In this document: piece after piece, positions 1 through 12,325 of the stretch
Layout of the letters: each line of letters starts with the position of its first letter
How positions within the stretch are numbered: position 1 is the stretch's first letter
Assembly: GCA_951406725.2 (NCBI GenBank)
Contig: OX597834.1
Coordinates: forward strand, 17,980,001 to 18,044,000
DNA: 64,000 nucleotides
Reading direction: 5' to 3'
DNA from: Octopus vulgaris
Lineage: Eukaryota
Position numbers and translations under genes: made by a program
Notes under the pieces: model-generated
Databases searched by the model: none
What the model was told of the DNA's origin: nothing
Seen by the model: the letters and a program-made list of their open reading frames with translations, nothing else

Positions 1-72
1 AGCCACTGTACTGAGGGAACATCAACTACCACCCTACTGTGACCAGGGATCACATGTGAATTAGTATTCCCA

Positions 73-448
73 GTAAAAAGCACCATCCGAATTGTGGCCG
101 AAGCCAGTGCCGCCTCGACTGGCTTCCGTGTCGGTGGCACGTAAAAAGCACCATCCGAATCGTGGCCGAAGCCAGTGCCGCCTCGACTGGCTTCCGTGCC
201 GGTGGCACGTAAAATGCACCAATCCGTCCGTGGCCGATGCCAGCCTCGCCTGGCACCAGTGCAGGTGGCACGTAAAAAGCACCCACTACACTCACGGAGT
301 GGTTGGCGTTAGGAAGGGCATCCAGCTGTAGAAACATTGCCAGATAAGACCGGAGCCTGGTGCAGCCTTCTGGCTTCCCAGATCCCCGGTCGAACCGTCC
401 AACCCATGCTAGCATGGAGAACGGACGTTAAACGATGATGATGATGAT
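73..448 (+). mobile_element. Repeat family C (RTE-LINE 3' UTR or derived SINE) with internal ~68-bp tandem units and (GAT)n tail
   Basis: Repeated gtggcacgtaaaaagcacc units, conserved block gagtggttggcgttaggaagggcatccagctgtagaaac, tail ccaacccatgctagcatgg...ggacgttaaacgatgatgatg shared with many copies in the window. Confidence 0.85.
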
Positions 449-491
449 TGAAACTCTAAACGTGATGCTGGTCATAGCTGGCTCGACCCAC

Positions 492-551
492 CCTGGGTGA
501 AGCCTGTGATATGTACACGGAAGCATCCTACTAACAAAATACCCAGTTACC
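492..551 (-). CDS. Candidate internal coding exon, 60 nt ([R]VTGYFVSRMLPCTYHRLHP[G]), phase 2 / phase 2
   Basis: Branch-like ctaat plus long pyrimidine tract (tcgtttcctctgtctcctttgtgttatgtcttattctgacacttttgtAG), donor GG|GTGGGT; the only open frame matches the phase of the 27442 exon. Confidence 0.35.
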
Positions 552-1059
552 CTACAAAAGTGTCAGAATAAGACATAACACAAAGGAGACAGAGGAAACG
601 AATTAGCAGTTTAACATGAAGCAAATGAGTAAACACCCAAATGGTTCGATGGTTTACAGTGGTGTAACCTAATTTTTCTGTAGCATTAATAGTAGAAATG
701 TAATTTAAACTAATTACAATGAAGTAATTATGCAAAATAAAATGTAGGTTGGATAAAGTCGTTAACAGAGCAGACTATATTAGATATCAACTTTTTCCTA
801 ATGGTTAAGTCACTGCTGCACCTGACACCATTTTCATGGGTCTGTGAGGTTGATGTGGGGAAGGGATGAAGTTATTCTTAGAAGAGAGAAATGCTTGTAA
901 CAGAATGGATTTAGCTTTAAAGGCTGCCACGGGCCCAGGGGGTGGCAGTGGTGGTGGTGGTGGTGAAATGAGTGACAAAATATGTCTGCTACAAGGAATT
1001 GGATAAGAGAACAACATGCTGGTTGGTGGTTAGCTTCTAATAAACCAAATCTGTAACAC

Positions 1060-1262
1060 TAACACACACACACATTTGTACACATTCACTCACACACACT
1101 CACATGCATGCACACACACTTACACATACATTCATACACACACACGCTCTCACATGCACACACATACATGCATGTACATGCACTCACACACAGTTGCATA
1201 CACTTGCACATGCACATACACTCACTCTTGCATACATGTGCACATACACATGCACACACACA
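1060..1262. repeat. (CA)n-rich compound microsatellite
   Basis: Direct inspection. Confidence 0.9.
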
Positions 1263-1344
1263 TTTGATTCCTGGTTGAAATGCTTCTCAATATTCAGTTC
1301 TTGGTCAAATGTTTGCAACTAATATTTCCAAAAAAAAAAAATTG

Positions 1345-1565
1345 CCTAAGAATGGCAGAATTATTAGAGAATCTGGACAACAAAATACCTTGCTGTAGTT
1401 CTTTCATCCATTTACAGTCTGGGTTCAAATCCTGCTGATGTTAACTTTGCTTTTCATCCCACCAGGACTGATAAAATAAAGTACCAAGCAAGTACTGAGG
1501 TTGATGTAATAGACTTACCCCATCCCTCCAAAATTCCAGGCCTTGTACCAGAACTAAAACCAATG
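1345..1565 (+). mobile_element. SINE family A, decayed copy
   Basis: tggcagaa head, gggttcaaatcc B-box, ctttcatcc...gataaaataaagtacca central block, aggccttgt tail. Confidence 0.75.
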
Positions 1566-2454
1566 ATAAACAGCCCAGAGGGGGAGAGACTCATTTCAGC
1601 TCAACACTGAATATGAAGACATGATATATGAAGAGCATATACATACACACATACATATATAAAGTGTATATCATTTATACACTGTTCCAGTCAGCCTCCC
1701 GTCGATTTGGTCTCCAGCCAGCTCCGAATGTTGCTCAGGCCTTGCCTACTTGTTGCAGCGGAACCGACAACAGTAAAAGACTGGAACCGGCCATGACCTA
1801 TATGTGCATCCGGTGCACACAACCCTTCGGAATTATGTGAAAATATGTAGTCTAGACTTTTTTTATGCATGCAAACCACAGGTATGAAATTTTTCTGAAT
1901 TTTCTACCCTTTTAATTTTCACAGTAAAATTTTCATACTTTTAGATTCTTGAAGGGTTTCTTAGCTAAAATATGTCAGGGTTGGATTAAAGTGCTATTTG
2001 CAGTTTAAAAGTTTTAGTATTTCCCCATTATTGATACAGAGTAAGCTCAGTAGAATAAACATTGGATTCACAGCACAAAATATGATAGCCGACGGGTATA
2101 TAGGTGTTATAACCTGGACATTGCCCAATCCCTCTCAGAGTATAAGGAGTTAAGGGCTAAAACACTTGCACGAGGTGGGGTTTCTTCACTGAAGACCTGC
2201 TATTCAGCTCTCCCTAGAGGTTTTTACTACCTGTGTTTGTGTGTGTGCTGTGTGTAAAGACATATAACCTGGTGATTAGGGTGTTGAGTACATGGTCATT
2301 AGGTTGTGATTTCAATTCCAGGAGCTGGTAGTACAATGTATCCTTGAGCAAGGCAGTTCACAGAACAGAAGTCTGTGTGTCAGACTAAATGACTTAACTA
2401 ACAGTATTCAGTTGCATCATTCAACATTTCATTCTCGAAACCTATCCAATTTAA

Positions 2455-3025
2455 TCCTTTTGATATCAACTTGTTTTAGACCCGCCCTGATTCTATGACA
2501 CAAACTTCATGTTTTAAAGTAATCTAAATTAGAATCTTCCATTAAAATTTCATGAAGATATAAGTCCCAAACACCAGCTTTATAAGGGCAAAAGTTATTA
2601 GTTTTTTTTTTTACTTGTTTCAGTCATTAGACTGTGGCCATGGTGGAGCACTGCCTTGAAGAATTTTTTGTCAAATGAATTGACCCCAGTACCTTTTTTA
2701 AGCTAAGTACTTATTCTATTGAACTCTTTTGCTGAACTGCTAAGTTACAGGGATGTAAACACACCAACACTAGTTGTCAAGCAACAGTGGGGGACAAACA
2801 CACATACACACATGACAGGCTTCTTTCAGTTTCTGCCTACCAAATCCACTCACAAGGCTTTGGTCAGCATGAAGCTATAGTAGAAGACACTTGCCCGAAG
2901 GACTGAACCTGGAACCATGTGGTTGGGAAGCAAACTTCTTACCACACGGTCACACCTTTATTCTAAAACTCAGCTGAAACAAAAGCAGTGTATTTCAGCA
3001 GAAATATGGAAAGAAGAAGATTAAG
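2455..3025 (+). mobile_element. Decayed piggyBac-type MITE (family E1) interrupted by a minus-strand SINE B (~2600-2955)
   Basis: Similar to 6446-6666 on both sides of the SINE; starts after ttaa. Confidence 0.55.
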
Positions 3026-3138
3026 CAGGAGCTAAATGGATCCTTATAGAAGGGCAAACATTTGAAACAGATCTTTTGATTTCCTGCTCACTAACTTGGA
3101 AGTTTCAAAACATTTTTGATGCCAAACACCAGGTTTAA

Positions 3139-3752
3139 CTCTTTAGCATTCGGACTATTCTGTCAAATGTAATACTTATTAATTCAGACTGTTTTAAATT
3201 AATTATGCATAGGTGCAGGAGTAGCTGTGTGGTAAGTAGCTTGCTAACCAACCACATGGTTCTGGGTTCAGTCCCACTGTGTGGTATCTTGGGCAAGTGT
3301 CTTCTGCTATAGCCCCGGGCCGACCAATGCCTTGTGAGTGGATTTGGTAGACGGAAACTGAAAGAAGCCTGTCGTATATATGTATATATATATATATATG
3401 TATGTGTGTGTATGTGTTTGAGTGTCTGTGTTTGTCTCCCTAGCATTGCTTGACAACCGATGCTGGTGTGTTTACGTCCCTGTCACTTAGCAGTTCGGCA
3501 AAAAAGACCAATAAAATAAGTTCTGGGCTTACAAAGAATAAGTCCCGGGGTCGATTTGCTCGACTAAAGGCGGTGCTCCAGCATGGCCGCAGTCAAATGA
3601 CTGAAACAAGTAAAAGAGTAAAGAGTACCTCATGGCTTTGAGATTCCGGTGGTGTCACTGTTTATTTGTAGAATGACATTATAGAGGCCAGATTTTGACA
3701 GTTTGAGGATAAAACAGGTAGAATATTTTGGCTGGATTAAATGCTAAAAGGG
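3139..3752 (+). mobile_element. piggyBac-type MITE (family E2), inserted in a TTAA of an E1 remnant and containing a SINE B
   Basis: TTAA at 3135-3138 and 3753-3756; ends ctctttagcatt / aatgctaaaaggg; body matches 18507-18726. Confidence 0.75.
3212..3627 (+). mobile_element. tRNA-derived SINE family B, full length, with internal (TA)n(TG)n
   Basis: A-box tagctgtgtggtaag, B-box gggttcagtccc, cttgggcaagt block, (GTAAAAGA)-type tail; near-identical to 16428, 46760, 53151. Confidence 0.9.
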
Positions 3753-3916
3753 TTAACACTGACAAAGTTATTTTACTAAGTTCTTTATTTTCAAAAATAA
3801 TTGAAAAAAAGGCAATGTAGGATATCAGTAGAAATATAACAAAAGTGTTTTAGTGTTCCGTTCTCCGAGCCATCAGCAAAGTATGTATCAGTTATATATT
3901 AATGAATACAGAGAGT

Positions 3917-3953
<37 letters not shown>

Positions 3954-4672
3954 CACTTACATTTCCCCTACTTTATTTTAATCTTAATTCACTTTATGTC
4001 AAAGTGAATAATTTATATGTCATTTTAGCTACGAAACTATTCAAACCTGAATCCAAACAGAATGACAGAGAAAACTCCTTCAAAGCTGAGATTTATTAAA
4101 GATGAAACATAATAAATCAAGAGAAACTGAGAAATTACATACAGCAAACAACAGAAATATCAAAGTATCGTTGTCAGAAAATTATAGATTTTTGAGGAGT
4201 GTGTCAAAGGAAATAATACAAGAAAACATTGGTAAGAAAAGTTATCATAGATCACTTAAAGGGGTGAAATTATACAATGATATGTGTTTAGAAACATTTG
4301 TACATATATATATATATATATTTATATGTATTATATCATTATATTATATTATATTATTACCTTATATTATTATGTTATATTATACTATATTATTTATATT
4401 TATATGTGTTTACATATACATACATACATTTATATTTATATGTATATATACATACATACACAAATGCATATACATGCATATATCAACCTATCTGTATCTA
4501 TGTAGCATCATCATTGTTATCATTTACTGTCTTGTCTTCTATACAGACATGCATTGAGTGGTTTATCAGGATTTGCCAACTCTGAGGATTGTGATATGTT
4601 TGAGTGTCGACTAAGACCTAGTTTCTACAGTTGGATGCCTTTTCAAACACCAGCCACTTTACAGAGTGTACT

Positions 4673-5038
4673 TGAGAGGCAGTCGGATGGAACTTACACT
4701 CGTCTCCTTATGAGAGCTCAAAATCTCTTGTGGAAGCATCATCCAACCAAAGTATAAATATATGGGAAACTACCACCTGTATCATCTCTTGTGAAAGGTA
4801 GAAGAGTCCAGTTTGCTGGACATTGTTGTAGAGCTGAAAACGAGACAATTTCTCCTCTTCTCCTCTGGAAGCCATCTACTCGCAATACCAGAGGGTGCAC
4901 ACTCTCCTACCCTGATGTAATCTCCAGGGATACAGGCATCCAGCAACAAGACCTCCGTAATGCTATGATGGAGCGTGAAGTCTGGCGTAGCATAGTAAAT
5001 TCCATTGTCTTGACCACGGTCGGACAATGATGATGATG
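4673..5038 (+). mobile_element. 5'-truncated RTE-clade LINE (ORF C-terminus and (TGA)n tail) inserted in a decayed family C copy
   Basis: Translates DGTYTRLLMRAQNL.WKHHPTK...RRVQFAGHCCRAENE...LLWKP...RDTG...AMMEREVWR, typical of RTE C-termini; 7-bp TSD gtgtact (4666-4672, 5039-5045). Confidence 0.9.
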
Positions 5039-5504
5039 GTGTACTGGATACTCTTTTATGTGACACCAGCATTTGTGATAATCACCAAAACCCTTTATCA
5101 ACCCATCCAGTTATCCTTTCAACTCTACTCGTTCCTTTTTCTTAATAACCCTTGTCACTAATCCCTTCTTTCTCCCTTGTTCCCTGAGACACTTCTCCTT
5201 GTCCTCTCCACTTATTTACCATCCTTCATCCTTCCATCTGGAATCGTTACCCACTTTCTATTCTATTCTAACTCAGTTACAGGAGCCATTTCTTGGGTCT
5301 TAGCCTTGCAAGTTATGAAGCGATCATCTCTAGTGGTGATGCCATGAAAAATTCACTCTGTACAATAATAGGAACCAAAACAAAAATTAGTTGCACAAAG
5401 AAGACATGTGACCCTGAATAAGGACATACTTACATAAAGAGGATCTGTCCATTTCCTGCCAGCATGGAAGGAAAATTTTAAATGATGGAAAAACACAAAC
5501 AAAC

Positions 5505-5855
5505 AATAATTCTTTCTGCTATAGGCACAAGGCCTGAAATTTTGGGGGAGGGGGTAAGTTGATTATATTGACCCCGAAAGGATGAAAGGCAAAGTTGACC
5601 ATGACAGAATTTGAACTCAGAATGTAAATACAGAAAAAATGTTGCTTAGCATTTTGCCAAGCAAACTAACAATTCTGCCAGCTTGCCACCTTTATAACAG
5701 CAATAATAATAATAATAATAATAATGATGGTTTTAAATTTTGGCACAAGGCCAGCAATTTCAGGTAAGGGGGTAAGTTGATTAGATTGATCCCAGTGCTT
5801 AACTGGTACTTGTTTTATGAAATCCAAAAGGATGAAAGGCAATACTAACCTAGGC
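5505..5855 (-). mobile_element. Two SINE family A copies
   Basis: ggcacaaggcc...gaccccgaaaggatgaaaggcaaagttgacc...tttgaactcag. Confidence 0.8.
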
Positions 5856-6445
5856 TTTACCTTCCATCCTTTCTGCATAGTCAAACTAAATACTGATAAT
5901 TTCAATGCATCTAATTCCCATGTTTCAGATAATGGTCTGAAATGTGTTCATTAAATGCATTCGAAATAATATATTTGGTTTGAGCTTATTATTATTCTAT
6001 GTTATATGACTCTAAGCCATTACAAGCTAGCCTTGTCCTTATTTCATTTACACGGATACTGAAACAAGGATTTGGAGTGGTTTCATCTCCTGGGCTTGAA
6101 TTTAAAAAATTTGGTAGCATGCATCGCTTCTAAGAATAACAAACACATTCACAAACAATACACATGCGTGTGTGTGTGTGTGTGTGTGTGAGTGTAATGT
6201 TTTCCTCAAAGAGTAACTAACAGTTAAAGTAAAAATGGCTCTAAACTGGAACAATGGTTTTTCAGGACGAAACTGAACTCACAGAGATTGTATTGCTTAA
6301 TTGTTTCAATGAAATATTAAAACCCAGTTTCTCATAGAGAGATTTCATTAACAAAGGTTTAATTAAAAAATAACAAAAAGTATAAATGCATTCCTCTTTT
6401 AAATGGCCAATTATTAAACATGAAGTCATTGAAACATTAGCTTAA

Positions 6446-6666
6446 CCCTTTTGTTACCAACCCAGCTGAAACCAGCTCTGGTTCTGAGTACAAATGTCTT
6501 GTTTTCATTAAGTTTTAAATTAAAACCTTCCACCAAACCTTAGTCACAATTTATGTTCCTAACACTAGTTGAATGATAACTAAGTTATTTTACTAAATTC
6601 TTTGTTATATTTAAAGTAATTGAAAGAAACACAGAGCATCTCAAAATAAATACAGTAATGAAAGGG
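6446..6666 (+). mobile_element. piggyBac-type MITE (family E1)
   Basis: TTAA TSD both sides (6442-6445, 6667-6670); TIR cccttttgttac / gtaatgaaaggg; copies at 35266 and 41328. Confidence 0.85.
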
Positions 6667-8008
6667 TTAAAAGAAAACATTCTGATAAGACAAATAAATG
6701 CATTTGTTCATAATAAAGCAGAGAAGTTTCAGTTGCATATTTTCAGAGAAAGTTTTGAGTTTCAGAAGTAATATCAAAAGCACTGGTAGCAAATTACTAT
6801 TATACTTGTGATTTTCAATGAGAATATCAATAACAGTGCAAATAGTACCAAAAGCAAAGAAATGCCCATTCCCTTGACTTCTCATATGTTGTCGGAGAGT
6901 TTCTTACTAGAAATTATTAAATTAAACAAGAACTTTATTATTCTAGACTTTGTCAAAAAATAAGAATTTGAATTGCATCGTTTGAAAATAGTTTCAATCA
7001 GTCAGAGAGAATGCTGGTTGTGTTTGAATCCTTTTATAAAGATTGTAAAAGCAGTGCTGGTTATTTAAGACTGTTTGGACACATTGCTTTACAATATCGT
7101 TGTTTGTTTTCTGTCTGCCAGTTGTCGAAAACTGCTGCTAAACAGCAGACAGAATTCTTTTGCTTCGTTCATATCTGATATATTATTTGGGGGTTTCTTT
7201 TAAATAGGAACTTCTGTGAAATGTTTTGTTTTGTAATTGGTATAGGGAGATGATTGCATTATCCTCTACACCCTTCAAAGCCAACAGATTAGCAGCAGCT
7301 TAGTTTACTTAGCCAATGAGAGAACCTCTAAACTGATAGAAATAGCAACCAAATCTCCCTCATATCACATCCTACTATGTTAAAAAAAAAAAAAGAGTAA
7401 GACACAATGAATAATGTGGTCCAAGGTACACTGTACCTAAAAAAAGAAAGAGGATCTTTTTGGTTTGGCTGCCAGTATCAATTCCTTTCAAATTGATTTC
7501 ATATTCAGTGAAATGATACACTTTTAGAGGTTAATGAATGATGCGGAAAAAAAATTTGCTATATAAATCAATAAATAAAGAGTTATTAGCAATTGAAGTT
7601 AACATGTCATTTGTCATAGGTCTATTCAACCAGGTTTCATCAGGGGCCAAACAACTAGCCTTGCAAAAAAAGGGACTCCCCCTCCTCCTCGCTGCCACCA
7701 CTAATATGTAGAAGAAAAACAATTTCATTGGCTTTGTTTCAAGTCATAGAACATTCTTGATAACAATCAGCAGTATGTTTACTTATCAAATTCAATTGAT
7801 ATGGAGAATAAAACATGCATTCCATAAAGTGTTTCAGTTCCTTAATCTATGATTACAAATGATATTTAGTTGCCATGCATGGAGCTAACATTTTCATAGG
7901 TTCAGATGACAAATTACATTAATATATATCAAGATAAGATATTAAATACCTCCTATGATTCTAAAAATTGTGTAGCGACAGTCTCTAAAAATGTGTAGCG
8001 ACAGTATA

Positions 8009-8412
8009 AGGCGGCGAGCTGGCAGAAACGTTAGCATGCCGGGCGAAATGCGTAGCCGTATTTCGTCTGCCGTTACATCCTGAGTTCAAATTCTGCCGAG
8101 GTCGACTTTGCCTTCCATCCTTTCGGGGTCGATTAAATAAGTACCAGTTACCCACTGGGGTCGATGTAATCGACTTAATCCGTTTGTCTGTCCTTGTTTG
8201 TCCCCTCTGTGTTTAGCCCCTTGTGGGTAGTAAAGAAATAATATATACGTCCTGAGTTCAAATTCCGCCGAGGTCGACTTTGCCTTTCATCCTTTCGGGG
8301 TCGATTAAATAAGTACTAGTTACCCACTGGGGTCGATGTAATCGACTTAATCCGTTTGTCTGTCCTTGTTTGTCCCCTCTGTGTTTAGCCCCTTGTGGGT
8401 AGTAAAGAAATA
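8009..8412 (+). mobile_element. Young SINE family A copy with tandem duplication of its 3' two-thirds
   Basis: ggcggcgagctggcagaaacgttagc head, gagttcaaattc B-box; ~8078-8240 repeated at ~8250-8410. Confidence 0.9.
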
Positions 8413-8719
8413 ATATATAAACACTGGAGTGAAGATGAGGTGAAATGAAAAGAAAATGGGTATTGGAGGTGTGAGCCAAAGTGTGTAAGCAAAAAGATTC
8501 TGTTGGTTGACATGTTGTATGTATGAAGGATGACATTGGGGTAGAAAAAAAAGCTACAATAATCCATATGGAAGGAGTCAAAGGAGGCAAAGACTAAGAG
8601 AAGGAGACATAATAAAGGTAGAACGCAGGAGATGCTGTGCCAGGAAAGACCCATCATACTCATGATCGATAATAATAATAATATATTTTAAAGATGGTGG
8701 TGGTCGTCATCATTATCAT

Positions 8720-8948
8720 AATAATAATCCTTTCCAATTTTGGCACAAGGCCTGAAATTTGGGGTGAGGGGTAAGTCGATTGCATTGACCCCAGTACTCA
8801 ATTGGTACTTAATTTATCAACCCCGAAAGGATGAAAGAAAAAGTTGACCTCGGTGGAATTGGAACTCAGAACATAAAGGATGGACTAAATTTTAGTTGAA
8901 CATTATTTTATTAGTGTGCTAATAAAATATCTGCCAGCTCACAGCCTT

Positions 8949-9023
<75 letters not shown>

Positions 9024-9560
9024 CCTTTCTACTCGAAGCACAAGATCTCAAATTTGGGGGAAGGGATTAAGTTGATTACATCTACCCCAGTGCATAACTG
9101 GTACTTAATTGACCCCGAAAGGATGAAAGCAAAGTTGACCTTGACAGATTTGAACTCAGAACGGAGTGATGGGCGAAATACTACTAAAAGTTTTGTCCAG
9201 TGTGCTAACGATTATGCCAGCTTGCCGCCTTATATAATAATAATAATATATTTTAAAAAAGATTGACATAACTCTTCACAAAGGTAAAGACAAAGAGCGC
9301 GATTCAATTGTAAGATATTTTATTAGTTGAACAAAATATTTTATTATCGTTCAACTAATAAAATATCTTACAATCGAATTGCGCTCTTCATCTTAATACT
9401 AATAATAATGGTTTCAAATTTTGGCACAAGGCCAGCAATTTTGAGTGCGTTGATTACATTGGCTCCAATGCTCAACTGGTACTTATTTTATTAACCCCAA
9501 AAAGATGAAAGGCAAAGTTAACCTTGGCAAAATTTGAACTCAGAATGTAAAAATGGATAG
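8720..9560 (-). mobile_element. Cluster of three SINE A copies separated by (AAT)n
   Basis: Family A motifs on the minus strand; (AAT)n at 8950-9022. Confidence 0.8.
9293..9388. repeat. Foldback hairpin, 40-bp arms, 16-nt spacer
   Basis: aagagcgcgattcaattgtaagatattttattagttgaac vs gttcaactaataaaatatcttacaatcgaattgcgctctt (2 mismatches). Confidence 0.9.
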
Positions 9561-10120
9561 ACTAACAGAAACACACATACACAATGACAGAGACACACAC
9601 ACATTAAGACAGACAAATACATGGATAAAAACAAAGAAACAGACTTAAAAACAGAGACTCACACAGATTAAGACAGACAGAAAGTGATACAAAGAGAAAA
9701 TCAGAGATTCACATACATTAAGAGAGAGAGAGAGAGACATACATGTAAAATCAGAAAGACAGATACACAAAAGATGGAGAGACACACAATGCATAAAGAC
9801 AGGCAGAGGTAGATACACAAGAACAGGCAGGCATACGTGGACAAAAACAAGTCCACACACACACAAACACAGATGTGCACACATGCACATGCATACATAC
9901 AAACAGACAGACCATCAGTAAACAAATAGATAATGACACAGACTAAGATCTGACATTAATTTTTTTTATAGCAAGTAGATTCCAGCAACTGGAATTATCC
10001 TAGTAATTAGTAGACAAAAACTCCCTCTAAGGCTGTTTACAGCACTTGATTCAAAGACCACTTGATTTCAAAGACCAGATCTATTCCAAACTGCATAATC
10101 TACATTCTACATCATCCCAA

Positions 10121-10436
10121 GTGAAGGCACATGGCCTAGCGGTTAGAGCAGCAGACTCATGGTCGAGGCATCACGGGTTCAAATCTCAGACTGGGTGATG
10201 TGTGTGTTTATGAGTGAAACATCTAAGCTCCACGCGGCTCCAGCAGAACATAATGGCGAACTTCTCTGCTGACTCTTTCGCCACAACTTTCTTTCACTCT
10301 TTCCTCCTACATCGTGCAGCTCACCTGCGACGGACAGGCATCCCATCCAGGTGGGGAACCTATACGCCAAGGAAACCGAGAAACCGGCCCTTATGAGCCT
10401 GGCATTGCTCGAGAAGGAACAAAAACAAAAAAAAAA
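10121..10436 (+). mobile_element. tRNA-derived SINE family D (V-domain-like body), A-rich tail
   Basis: A-box tggcctagcggttag, B-box gggttcaaatctc, cctgcgacggacaggcatcccatccagg block; 12-bp TSD acatcatcccaa (10109-10120, 10437-10448). Confidence 0.85.
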
Positions 10437-11202
10437 ACATCATCCCAAAAGTTTCATAATTTATCTTAATGGCATAGCCTCCTTTGTTTAGATTTTAAAT
10501 GAGGAAATTTTTGTTATATAATTGCTTAGACAATCATCTTATTTGATAAAAATTTTTTTCAAGGTACCATGCAGTGAGACTGAACCTGGGACCACATAGT
10601 TGCAAAGCAAATTACTTAACCACACACCCATTCCTACAACTATCATATTGGTTTTAAGTTTTGGCACAAGGCCAACAGTTTTGTGGGAGGAGGTAAGTTG
10701 ATTACATTGGCCTCTGTGTCCAGTTGGTATCCATTTTATCGACCCCAGAAGGATGAAAGGTAAAGCTGACCTCAGCTGAATTTGAACCAAGAACATGATG
10801 AGAGCTGAAATGCAATGAAGCATTTTGTCTGGTGTGCCAACAACTCTGTCAGCTCACCACCTGGCCTGCATTAATCATATTAGGTACATTTTAGATATAT
10901 AATATCTTATGAATTGAGTAGACAAACCAAGGTCTCCAGAGACATTTCACCTCAGATATATTCATTATCGTCATCATTGTCATAGTCATGTAACGCCTGT
11001 TAATGATATCCAATAACAACATTGCTACTTAATTAAATATTATTGTCATTTCCTATATAATTCATCATACACATCTATAAAGAAAATAAAATGAATAAAT
11101 AAATAACTACAAATTGATTTATTTTACAAAATATATCACACAAAATATTTTTCTCCATTTTTTAAAAATTTAATTTCAGCAGTTTATCATTACTATCATT
11201 AT

Positions 11203-11540
11203 TCATCATCATCGTTTAACGTCCGTTTTCCATGCTTGCATGGGTTGGACGGTTCAACTGGGGACTGGGGAGCCAGTAGGCTGCACCAGGCCCAGTCTGA
11301 TCTGGCAGTGTTTCTACAGCTGGATGTCCTTCCTAACACCAACCACTAAGTGAGTGTAGTGGGTGCTTTTTACGTGCCACCTGCACAGGTACCAGACGAG
11401 GCTGGCAAACGACCATGATCGGATGGTGCTTTTTACGTACCACTGGCACAGAGGCCAGTTGGGGCAGCACTGGCAACAGCCACGTTCGGTTCTCTTATGT
11501 GCCACCGGCACTGGTATCACAGCTACAATTTCCATTGATG
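11203..11540 (-). mobile_element. Repeat family C copy
   Basis: catcatcatcgtttaacgtccg...ctacagctggatg...gtgtagtgggtgctttttacgtgccacc. Confidence 0.85.
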
Positions 11541-11565
11541 TTGATTATTATTATTATTATTATTA

Positions 11566-12325
11566 AGGCAGTGAGATGCCGGAATTGTTAGTATGCCAGG
11601 TGAAAAGCTTAGCGGCATTTCGTCCGTCTTTACATACTGAGTTCAAATTCCACCAAGGTTGACTTTGCTTTCATCCATTTGGGATTGATTAAATAAGTAC
11701 CAGTTACGCACTGGGGTTGATGTAATCAACTTAACCCCCTCCCCCAAGGTGCCCTTGTGGCCAAATTTCAAATCATTATTATAATTATTATTATTAAGGT
11801 GGCAAGTTGGCAGAATCGTTAGCACACTGGATGAAATGCTTAGCAATTTCATGTCTTTATGTTCCGAGTTCAAATTCCACCAAGGTTGACTTTGCCTTTC
11901 ACCCTTTCAGGGTCAGTGTAATCGACTAACCCCCTCCACCAAAATTTCAGGCCTTGTGTTGTTGCTGGCAGAATCATCAGTACACCGGGCAAAATGCTTA
12001 GCGGTGTTTCGTCTGTTGCTATGTTCTGAGTTCAAATTCTGCTGAGGTTGACTTTGTCTTTCATCCTTTTGGGGTCGATAGATTAAGTACCAGTCAAATA
12101 CTGGGGTTGATATGAACGATTAGCCTCCTCCCTATGAAAATCCAGGTCTTGTGCCTATAGTAGAAAGGATTATTATAATTATCATCATCATTATTATTAT
12201 TATGCTGGACACAGAACTTAGCAGCATTTTGTTTGCCTTCATGTTCCGAGTTCAGATTCCCAGAGTACTGGGGGTCAATGTATTTAACCAGCCCCTTCCC
12301 CCCAAAACTTGCTGGCCTTTTGTAA
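11566..12325 (+). mobile_element. Head-to-tail cluster of ~4 SINE A copies
   Basis: Repeated family A heads, B-boxes and tails separated by (ATT)n. Confidence 0.8.

Noticed and set aside
73-285. CRISPR-like repeat/spacer look
   Set aside because: Intervening sequences are homologous to each other, the context is a eukaryotic retroelement, and there are no cas genes
805-1017. Proline-rich 70-aa ORF
   Set aside because: Poly-Pro derives from a (GGT)n microsatellite; no splice or homology support
1691-1881. Plus-strand AG...GT bounded segment resembling an exon
   Set aside because: Stops in all three frames
4102-4557. 151-aa ORF
   Set aside because: Second half is microsatellite; first half has no recognisable motif or splice signals
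8009-8100. tRNA-like A/B boxes in SINE heads (families A, B, D)
   Set aside because: They continue into repeat bodies and tails and lack a proper cloverleaf; not tRNA genes
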